A DNA stretch of 64,000 nucleotides from Synergistota bacterium. Lineage in GTDB: Bacteria > Synergistota > GBS-1. This document shows, piece after piece, positions 19,111 to 26,114 of this stretch. Position 1 is the first letter of the stretch, and every line of letters begins with the position of its first letter. The position numbers and the translations under genes were made by a program. The stretch lies in contig JAGHDO010000091.1 of NCBI GenBank assembly GCA_021159885.1, forward strand, positions 318 through 64,317, written 5' to 3'. Below the pieces are notes generated by a model, which was not told where the DNA came from, made no database searches, and worked only from the letters and a program-made list of their open reading frames with translations.

Positions 19111-20645
19111 TGGGAATCGGGATGTTAACCAAGGTCAAAGGATACGTTTCTGGTAAAATACTTGAGGGAATAGCTAACCTTGTGGCATCGGATACATCTG
19201 ATGCCAAGATTAAGAAAGTTTTTCAGCTCCTGTCCTCCCTTTCTCTCACAAAGTTTCATCGTGAGTCCTTCAAGGAGATAGCCAGAATGGCGGATGAAGG
19301 GCATCCTTTCTTCGTTTTATGGAAGCGCGTTTTTAAGGAGCTGTCTCCAAAAGCGAGGGAGAAGCTAATATGGAACTTGCTTGTTAACGCGATGATCTTC
19401 GGTAGAGTTATAAGAGATAAGAAGGAAGAAGAGCTTGGTATACATCTTCCCTTCTTTATGGTCATAAGCCCCACAATGAAGTGTAATCTGAGATGCAAAG
19501 GATGCTATGCTGCAGATTACGATACTTCAAATGATCTCACATTTGAGGAGATAGATAGGATTATAACTGAGGCAAAAGAGCTTGGTATGTATTTCTTTAC
19601 ATTCTCAGGCGGGGAAATTTTCTTGAGAAAAGACATGTTCGATCTTTGGGAAAAGCACAACGATGCTTACTTCAATCTATATACCAATGGAACGCTCATT
19701 ACTAAGGAAGTGGCGGAGAGATTAGCTGAGCTTGGAAACGTTGCTCCTATGATAAGCGTTGAGGGATCTAAGGAGGTAACGGATAGAAGAAGGGGGCCTG
19801 GTATATATGATAAGGTTATGCAAGCGATGAATAATCTAAGGGAGGCGGGAGTTCTCTTTGGCTTTTCTGCAACACTAACCCGTGATAGTGCCGATTCTCT
19901 CACACGCGATGAATTTATAGATACGATGATAGAGAAGGGCTGTAAGGTAGGATGGTTCTTCCAATACATACCTACAGGGGAAAACCCTGATCTTTCCTAC
20001 ATGGCTACTCCGGAGCAGAGGGCTCGTCTACATGAAAAGGTGGAATACTGGCGTTCTACCCGCCCCATATTCTTGGGCGACTTCTGGAACGATGGGAGGT
20101 ATGTAGATGGTTGTATGGCTGCTGGTGAGAGATACCTTCATATAATTTCAAACGGTGATGTTGAACCTTGTGTTTTCGCACACTTCGCTGTAGATAATAT
20201 AAGAGAAAAAAGTTTAGTTGAAGTTTTAAAATCCCCCTTCTTCCAAGCTATAAGGGAAGCCCAGCCATATTGTGATGATAATCTCCTTGCTCCGTGTATG
20301 ATAATCGATAAACCTCATGTTTTAAGAGAACTCGTTAGGAAGTATGGTGCTCATCCTACTCATCCTGGTGCGGATAAGCTCCTTGATGAGCTCGCTCCCG
20401 GCGTTGATGAATACGCTAAGAGAATAAACGAGATATATAAGAGGCGGTGGGAGGAGTATGAAAGGTGGCTTTATGTGAGGAGCATTCTCTTCAAAGAGGA
20501 CAAGGAATATTATAGAAAGAGAATGGAGAAACGTTGGAGGGAGATGGGGCTCGATCCTGAGGAAATATATAAGAAAGCGAAGGAGTGGAAGGGCAAGGTT
20601 GAAGATTGGAGGGGAAAGACTGCGACGGGAGCAGGGAGTGATTGA
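19110..20645 (+). CDS. Radical SAM enzyme with a Twitch/SPASM-like auxiliary-cluster domain, function unknown
   Basis: CX3CX2C motif CNLRCKGC; FTFSGGEIF SAM-binding strand; C-x13-G-x4-C (CMAAGERYLHIISNGDVEPC) plus further Cys. It also has a roughly 110-aa helical N-extension and a K/E/R/W-rich C-terminal tail. Confidence 0.8.
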   Translation: MGIGMLTKVKGYVSGKILEGIANLVASDTSDAKIKKVFQLLSSLSLTKFHRESFKEIARMADEGHPFFVLWKRVFKELSPKAREKLIWNLLVNAMIFGRVIRDKKEEELGIHLPFFMVISPTMKCNLRCKGCYAADYDTSNDLTFEEIDRIITEAKELGMYFFTFSGGEIFLRKDMFDLWEKHNDAYFNLYTNGTLITKEVAERLAELGNVAPMISVEGSKEVTDRRRGPGIYDKVMQAMNNLREAGVLFGFSATLTRDSADSLTRDEFIDTMIEKGCKVGWFFQYIPTGENPDLSYMATPEQRARLHEKVEYWRSTRPIFLGDFWNDGRYVDGCMAAGERYLHIISNGDVEPCVFAHFAVDNIREKSLVEVLKSPFFQAIREAQPYCDDNLLAPCMIIDKPHVLRELVRKYGAHPTHPGADKLLDELAPGVDEYAKRINEIYKRRWEEYERWLYVRSILFKEDKEYYRKRMEKRWREMGLDPEEIYKKAKEWKGKVEDWRGKTATGAGSD

Positions 20646-21124
20646 AAGTGGCTAAGGTGCTGGTTGCTTATTATTCTCGTAGCGGTAATACCAAGGCGAT
20701 GGCTGAAGCGGTCGCTGAGGGAGTTAGGGAAGAAGGGTTAAAGTGTACCTTAAAGAAGGTTGAAGATACTACTCCTGATGATATGAAAGAACATGAGGGA
20801 ATTATATTTGGCACACCTACATACTTTGGAGATGCTTCTGCTCAGGTTAGGAAGTTAATTGATGAAAGTGTAAGGTATTATGGAAAGTTTGAGGGCAAGG
20901 TGGGGGCAGCTTTTGCATCGTGTGGCACACATGGAGGTGGAGCGGAAACGGCGATCATGAGCATACTTCAGGCTTTTCTGATTCATGGGATGGTCATTCA
21001 AGGGATATCCGTTGGGGGAGCGCATTATGGTCCAATCTCGGTTGGTAAGCCTAAGGAAGCCGATCTAAAGGAGTGCAGGAATCTTGGGAGGAGGGTTGCA
21101 AAGCTGGTTAAAAAGTTGTTTTAA
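20642..21124 (+). CDS. Flavodoxin-like FMN protein (flavodoxin/WrbA fold)
   Basis: VLVAYYSRSGNTKAMAE FMN phosphate-binding loop and GTPTYFG; 160 aa. Overlaps the radical SAM stop. Confidence 0.8.
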   Translation: MKVAKVLVAYYSRSGNTKAMAEAVAEGVREEGLKCTLKKVEDTTPDDMKEHEGIIFGTPTYFGDASAQVRKLIDESVRYYGKFEGKVGAAFASCGTHGGGAETAIMSILQAFLIHGMVIQGISVGGAHYGPISVGKPKEADLKECRNLGRRVAKLVKKLF

Positions 21125-21133
21125 ATAAACAGG

Positions 21134-22489
21134 GTGGGGGGGATGAATGGAATGACGAAGGTTAAGTGGAACGTCAAACCGGAGGAGGTTCTTAGCGTTC
21201 TTGGTAATTATATGCTTGTCGATGGTTTCCCTATAGTGCTTGATCTCGAGAAAAGCCATGGAAGTTGGTTGGTTGATGCTCGAGATGGGAGAAAGTTCCT
21301 CGATTTCTACTCTTTCTTTGCTTCTTCTCCATTAGGATGCAATCATCCTAAGCTCGCTAATGATGAATTCAAAGAGAAGATTTTTAGGGCTGCTATTAAT
21401 AAGGTAGCAAACTCTGATATTTATACGCTTGAAATGGCTGAATTTGTTAAGACCTTTATGAGAGTTGCTGCTCCTCCTACACATAAACATCTCTTTCTTA
21501 TAGACGGAGGGGCTCTGGCGGTTGAGAATGCCCTTAAAGTTGCGTTCGATTGGAAGGTCAGGAAGAACTTTAAGAAAGGATATAAGGAAGAGAAAGGGCA
21601 CAAGGTAATTCATTTTAGGGAGGCCTTTCACGGCAGAAGCGGATATACCCTGAGCATGACTAATACCGCTGATCCGAGGAAATATATGTATTTCCCGAAA
21701 TTTGATTGGCCGAGGGTTCTTAATCCTAAGATAGTATGGCCTCTTGAGGACCATCTTGAAGAAGTTGAAAAGGCTGAGGAAGAAAGTATCAGGCAAATAA
21801 AGCAGGCGATACACGATAATCCGGACGATATTGCTGCTATTATAATAGAAACTATTCAGGGAGAGGGAGGAGATAACCATTTCCGTGGTGAGTTCTTTAG
21901 AAAGCTAAGAGAAATAGCTGATGAGGAGGATATCATGCTTATATTTGACGAAGTTCAATGTGGCATGGGTATAACTGGAAAGATGTGGGCGTTTCAGCAT
22001 TTTGATGTTTCTCCGGACATCATCGTCTTTGGTAAGAAAGCTCAAGTGTGTGGGATACTCGTCAATGACAGAGTGGATGAGGTTGAGAATAACTGTTTTG
22101 TTGAATCGAGCAGGATAAATTCTACTTGGGGTGGTAATATATGCGATATGGTGAGATCGACAAGAATACTTGAAATCTATGAGGAAGATAAGGTTCTTGA
22201 TCATGTTAATAAAGTTGCTCCCGTTCTTCAAGATGGATTGCTTGAGCTTAAAGAAGAATTCTCTGATCTGATTTCGAATGTAAGATATAGGGGACTAATG
22301 GCTGCCTTTGATTTTCCAAATTCTGAAGTAAGAGATGAATTTAGAAAAAGGGCTTTTGAGAGGAGCCTTCTTATCTTAGCGTGTGGCGTAAAGGGCATTA
22401 GGTTTAGGCCTATTTTGACGGTTACGGAAGAGGAGATGAAGGAAGGATTAGGGATAGTAAAAGAGGTTTTAAAAGAACTGAGGACTTAA
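21134..22489 (+). CDS. lat: L-lysine 6-transaminase (class III aminotransferase)
   Basis: N-terminal VDGFPIVLDLEKSHGSWLVDARDGRKFLDFYSFFASSPLG is typical of LAT. PLP-lysine region FDEVQCGMGITGKMWAFQH...FGKK. Confidence 0.8.
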   Translation: MGGMNGMTKVKWNVKPEEVLSVLGNYMLVDGFPIVLDLEKSHGSWLVDARDGRKFLDFYSFFASSPLGCNHPKLANDEFKEKIFRAAINKVANSDIYTLEMAEFVKTFMRVAAPPTHKHLFLIDGGALAVENALKVAFDWKVRKNFKKGYKEEKGHKVIHFREAFHGRSGYTLSMTNTADPRKYMYFPKFDWPRVLNPKIVWPLEDHLEEVEKAEEESIRQIKQAIHDNPDDIAAIIIETIQGEGGDNHFRGEFFRKLREIADEEDIMLIFDEVQCGMGITGKMWAFQHFDVSPDIIVFGKKAQVCGILVNDRVDEVENNCFVESSRINSTWGGNICDMVRSTRILEIYEEDKVLDHVNKVAPVLQDGLLELKEEFSDLISNVRYRGLMAAFDFPNSEVRDEFRKRAFERSLLILACGVKGIRFRPILTVTEEEMKEGLGIVKEVLKELRT

Positions 22490-22490
22490 A

Positions 22491-22534
22491 GAATGAGGGG
22501 GAGCCCTTTCGAAAGGGCTCCCCCTCATTCTTTT
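22491..22534. terminator. Bidirectional intrinsic terminator between convergent genes
   Basis: Perfect 20+20-nt palindrome GAATGAGGGGGAGCCCTTTC/GAAAGGGCTCCCCCTCATTC (22491-22530) followed by TTTT. It sits exactly between the lat stop and the stop of the minus-strand coiled-coil gene. Confidence 0.85.
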
Positions 22535-22535
22535 C

Positions 22536-23444
22536 TCACCATTCGAAGCTCTGGATTACTATGAACCCTGCTTCTTGAGCTTTTTCCTTAAGCTTCGTTT
22601 TTGCAAAGTGAGTGACTATAATACCAATTACTTCTTTGCCATAAACACGTTTTATTTTTTCAGCTTTTCTTTCTAAGGATTTTATTTCTCTAGCGTGTGT
22701 AAACTTGGCAACTGATTCTCCGACGAGCAATATCTCTTGCCCATTTCTCTTTGCTTTTGCGAAAAGATTAATTTCTTCGCCATCTAGGTCAAATCGTATT
22801 ATTCTGTCGAGGACTTCTATTCCATACCTCTCCTTCAGAAATGCGGGCAATCTTCTGTAAGCCTCATTCTCAAGAGCGTAGGAAAAAGATCTTGCAAGAC
22901 CGCTAACTTCTTCTCTCAGGTTTCTTAAGCCCCGCGTTAGCTTTTCTATTTCTTTTTCGGTTCTTTCCTGTGCTTCTGCGAGTTCATTTAGTCTTTTTTC
23001 GGTTTGTTTTTGTGCTTCTGCGAGTTCGCTTAATCTTTTTTCGGTTTGTTTTTGTGCTTCTGCGAGTTCGCTTAATCTTTTTTCGGTTTGCTTTTGCGCA
23101 TTTATTAATTCCTCAATGGCTTTCTCAACCCTTGATAATCTTTCCTCTACTTTAGCTAATCTTTTCTCAGATTCTCTATGAGCTTTAATCAGCTCTTCCA
23201 ATACTTTTTCGATTTTCGATAATCTTTCCTCTGTTTTAATTTGCGCTTTTATTAGCTCTTCTACGGCTTTTTCAAGTCTGGATAATCTTTCTTCAGATTT
23301 AGATTGAGCCTCTGTTAGTTTCCTCACAATCTCCTTAATTTCGCCAAAGTCCTCGAGATTTTCCACGAGGGTAAGTATTACTTCTCTTATATCTTCAGGG
23401 AGTCTATTAATTTTCCTTATTAAATCAGCCCGTAAGGGTAACAT
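22536..23444 (-). CDS. Coiled-coil protein with tandem AEAQKQTEKRLSEL repeats and a compact alpha/beta C-terminal domain (possible PD-(D/E)xK-like fold)
   Basis: 302 aa. Roughly 170 aa of heptad-like E/K/R/L repeats are followed by ...IRFDLDGEEINLFAKAKRNGQEILLVGESVAKF...GIIVTHFA.... It resembles the multi-copy coiled-coil proteins of thermophiles (DUF3782-like, from memory). Its ATG directly abuts the epmA stop (TAAATG). Confidence 0.5.
   Translation of the reverse strand: MLPLRADLIRKINRLPEDIREVILTLVENLEDFGEIKEIVRKLTEAQSKSEERLSRLEKAVEELIKAQIKTEERLSKIEKVLEELIKAHRESEKRLAKVEERLSRVEKAIEELINAQKQTEKRLSELAEAQKQTEKRLSELAEAQKQTEKRLNELAEAQERTEKEIEKLTRGLRNLREEVSGLARSFSYALENEAYRRLPAFLKERYGIEVLDRIIRFDLDGEEINLFAKAKRNGQEILLVGESVAKFTHAREIKSLERKAEKIKRVYGKEVIGIIVTHFAKTKLKEKAQEAGFIVIQSFEW
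22969..23094 (-). repeat. 3 x 42-bp in-frame tandem repeat inside the coiled-coil gene
   Basis: Plus-strand units start at 22969, 23011 and 23053 (TGTGCTTCTGCGAGTTCGCTTAATCTTTTTTCGGTTTGTTTT). Units 2 and 3 differ at one base, and unit 1 differs at a few. Each encodes the 14-aa unit AEAQKQTEKRL(S/N)EL. Confidence 0.95.
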
Positions 23445-24353
23445 TTAAGACACCTCACTTTCTAAGGAGGGGCTAAATGGAAGTATATCATGTATATTCT
23501 TTGCTCCTACCTTGAGCATCAATAATCTTTCGAGGCCTAAGGCTATTCCAGCACAAGGGGGAAGGCCCTTCCTTTTGAGAAGACTTATATATTCCCAATC
23601 GATTTCGCTTTCGCATCCTCGTTGGAGCCATCTTTTAAGCTGTTCTTCTGGATCATCGAGCTCCATATATCCATTTGCAAGTTCTATACCTTCTACATAT
23701 GCTTCATATCTTGTGCTCCAGAAACCATTACATTTCGATGCTGCGGATAAGGGATAAGGATAATCGGTTAACCAGAAGGCTTCGTTTTTGGGAAGGTAAG
23801 GCTCTATCTCCGTAATAAATGCGCACTCGAAAAGTTCTTCCCATGAATACTCATTTTTGACCCTTATGCCTGCTTTCTTAAGGCTTTTTAGAAATCGATT
23901 CTTGTCCTTGTTTTTCTCAAGATCTATTTCCAATCTTTGCAGGAAAAGATCCTTTAAGCTAAGTTTTTTCCATGAAGGCTTGAATTTCCCTAAAGTTTCA
24001 TATACGAGATCCTCAACATCTTTCATTATAAGGTCGATTCCCTCTCCTACTCTATACCATTCGAGTATCAGAAATTCCTTATTATGCAACCTATCTATTG
24101 GATCATCTCTAAAGGCATGAGCTATCTGGAATATCTTTTTTGCTCCAAACATTATTAGCTTTTTCATGAAAAACTCCGGTGAAGTTTGAAGGAAATATCC
24201 ATCTTGTGTTTTTATAGGGCATATGTTGAGATCTAAGCTCCACCAGCGCGCGATGCACGGCGTGTTAACTTCTATAAAACCCCGTTTAAGGAAGAAGGTT
24301 CTAATACTGGAAAGGAACTCACTCCATATCTTGGCTTTATCCCAAGGTGTCAT
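23445..24353 (-). CDS. epmA: EF-P lysine ligase-like protein (EpmA/PoxA/GenX, truncated class II lysyl-tRNA synthetase paralogue)
   Basis: 302 aa with a class II aaRS core and no anticodon-binding domain (FLQTSPEFFMKKL, AFRDDP...HNKEFLILEWY, GIALGLERLLM). ATGA overlap with efp. Confidence 0.75.
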   Translation of the reverse strand: MTPWDKAKIWSEFLSSIRTFFLKRGFIEVNTPCIARWWSLDLNICPIKTQDGYFLQTSPEFFMKKLIMFGAKKIFQIAHAFRDDPIDRLHNKEFLILEWYRVGEGIDLIMKDVEDLVYETLGKFKPSWKKLSLKDLFLQRLEIDLEKNKDKNRFLKSLKKAGIRVKNEYSWEELFECAFITEIEPYLPKNEAFWLTDYPYPLSAASKCNGFWSTRYEAYVEGIELANGYMELDDPEEQLKRWLQRGCESEIDWEYISLLKRKGLPPCAGIALGLERLLMLKVGAKNIHDILPFSPSLESEVS

Positions 24354-24922
24354 TTATTTATCCTCTCTATATACTCTCCGCTTTCCGTATCTATTCTAAC
24401 CAAATCTCCCTCCTGTATGAAAAGAGGGACCATTATCTTTAGCCCAGTTTCAAGTTCTGCTTCTTTCATGGCACCGGATACGGTATCTCCCTTAACCCCA
24501 GGTTCGGTTCTCGCTATTACAAGATCAACATGCTTGGGAGGATTAACTCCTATTGGTTTTCCTTGATAGAAGATAATATAAACGCTCATGCCTTCCTTTA
24601 TGAAATTCTTCGCCCTACCCACGATGTTTTCGGGGATCTCTATTTGGTCATATGTTTCGGGATCCATGAATACGAAAGAATCCTTTTGTGCGTATAGGAA
24701 TTCCATTTCCTTTTCAAGGCAATCAGCCAGGGTTAAGGAATCGCTGGACTTAAAGCTCATTCTTTCCACATTTCCGGTAAAGAGATTAAGCATTTTCACT
24801 CTTACGAATGCTTGTCCTTTTCCTGGCTTAACATGCTCATATTCGATAACTTCATATGGAGTGCCATCTATTTCTATCTTAGCTCCTCTGTAAATTTGGT
24901 TTATGCCTATCCTTTGCGCCAC
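24350..24922 (-). CDS. efp: Translation elongation factor P
   Basis: 190 aa. The conserved loop VKPGKGQAFVRVKM carries the modifiable Lys. Confidence 0.95.
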   Translation of the reverse strand: MAQRIGINQIYRGAKIEIDGTPYEVIEYEHVKPGKGQAFVRVKMLNLFTGNVERMSFKSSDSLTLADCLEKEMEFLYAQKDSFVFMDPETYDQIEIPENIVGRAKNFIKEGMSVYIIFYQGKPIGVNPPKHVDLVIARTEPGVKGDTVSGAMKEAELETGLKIMVPLFIQEGDLVRIDTESGEYIERINK

Positions 24923-24957
24923 GGTGATCCCTCCCTGATCTTGAATGTCTATCCGTT

Positions 24958-24979
24958 ATTATAACACATATGTTATAAT
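24958..24979. promoter_or_regulatory. Back-to-back divergent extended -10 elements forming an inverted repeat
   Basis: TGTTATAAT reads on the plus strand at 24971-24979 (towards the ATPase gene) and on the minus strand at 24958-24966 (towards efp). The arms TTATAAC / GTTATAA are separated by 6 nt. Confidence 0.45.
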
Positions 24980-25010
24980 TTATTGTGTATTTTTAATTTA
25001 AAAAGCGGAG

Positions 25011-26039
25011 GTGCCTTTAAGGTTGAGATTCTGGGATAGGAAGGATGAGATCAAGTATCTTAAGGCTTATCTCAGGGGATTTCCAAATTCCATTCTCTTT
25101 ATCTATGGGCCAAAGTCATCGGGAAAAAGCACGCTTATGAAAAGGGTTATAAAGAAGCTTAGTCCTAATCAGGAAAAACTCCTTCAGAAGTACAATATTC
25201 TTTACTATGATTTTAGAAGCAAGCTTATAAGGGGAGCTCGGACTATTATAGATCTCTTCTTCAAAGTGGTGGAGGAAAAGGAAGCTTCTGCTATAAAGGC
25301 GGGTATCGAGATCGATGAAAATACTAAGGTAGCTATCAAGGAGGGGAAAATAGAGCCGTTTGAGCTTATAGAGAATCGGTTAAGAGAAAGTGGTAGGAAA
25401 AACGTTATAGTACTCGATGAGCTTCAGAAGCTTAAGGGGATATACCTTGAGGATTCTTCGGAGAATGGGCGCCTCTTAGATGAGCTTTTTAACTTCTTTG
25501 TTAGGATAACTAAGGTGGAGCATCTTGCTCACGTGATAGTCATGACATCTGATACCTTTTTCGTTGAGAAGCTTTATTCCAACTCTTCTTTGGCTAATTG
25601 TGCTGAGTACTACCTCGTTGATTTCTTCTCAGATGATATAGCCAAAGGCGTTTTGGTATCTGAAAGGCTAAATGAGGTTGAGGCTTCCTATGTAGTCTCT
25701 TGGTGTGGAGGGGTTCCTTGGTTCTTAGAAAGAGTCTTATCGAAGAAAAAGGTTTTGGGCATAAGAGAGGCGGTCAAAAGCCTTTATAGGATGGTAAAGG
25801 GAGAGGTTTTAGAAAAGCTTGGTAGGCTCTGGAGGGGTAGAGAGACATTAGCCAAAAGAGATGGAGAGGTTCTCGTAAAGGTAGTTATGGGTAGCGGAGT
25901 TGATATGCTACTTAAGGACAGGGAAAGTGTTGAGAGACTCGCCTCTGCTGAAATACTGTTTTACGATCCTCTTAGCGGGACCGCTCGTCCCCAGACCCGT
26001 CTCCATGAAAGGGCGATAAAAGAAATTTTAGGGTTGTAG
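25011..26039 (+). CDS. AAA ATPase of the archaeal-ATPase (PF01637-like) type
   Basis: F-DR-x-E N-terminus (FWDRKDEIKYL), Walker A GPKSSGKST and Walker B VIVLDELQ. The more likely start is TTG 25023, 9 nt after GGAGGTG. Confidence 0.7.
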   Translation: MPLRLRFWDRKDEIKYLKAYLRGFPNSILFIYGPKSSGKSTLMKRVIKKLSPNQEKLLQKYNILYYDFRSKLIRGARTIIDLFFKVVEEKEASAIKAGIEIDENTKVAIKEGKIEPFELIENRLRESGRKNVIVLDELQKLKGIYLEDSSENGRLLDELFNFFVRITKVEHLAHVIVMTSDTFFVEKLYSNSSLANCAEYYLVDFFSDDIAKGVLVSERLNEVEASYVVSWCGGVPWFLERVLSKKKVLGIREAVKSLYRMVKGEVLEKLGRLWRGRETLAKRDGEVLVKVVMGSGVDMLLKDRESVERLASAEILFYDPLSGTARPQTRLHERAIKEILGL

Positions 26040-26114
26040 CAAGGCTTTAGCTTACACTGCTTAAGAATCTGAGCTTGATATCCGATTACCAAATTGGAAG
26101 GGTGAGGGGAAAAG

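Noticed and set aside
19110-20645. Radical SAM gene as lysine 2,3-aminomutase (EpmB/KamA), which would complete the EF-P modification or lysine pathway
   Set aside because: Its cluster motif is CNLRCKGC inside a Twitch/SPASM-type architecture with long N- and C-terminal extensions. It lacks the KamA-type layout and PLP-lysine region, so I do not support that assignment.
22969-23094. Possible CRISPR-like or minisatellite array
   Set aside because: The repeats are directly adjacent with no spacers, they stay in frame and they encode a heptad-compatible 14-aa unit inside a long ORF. This is a coding tandem repeat, not CRISPR.
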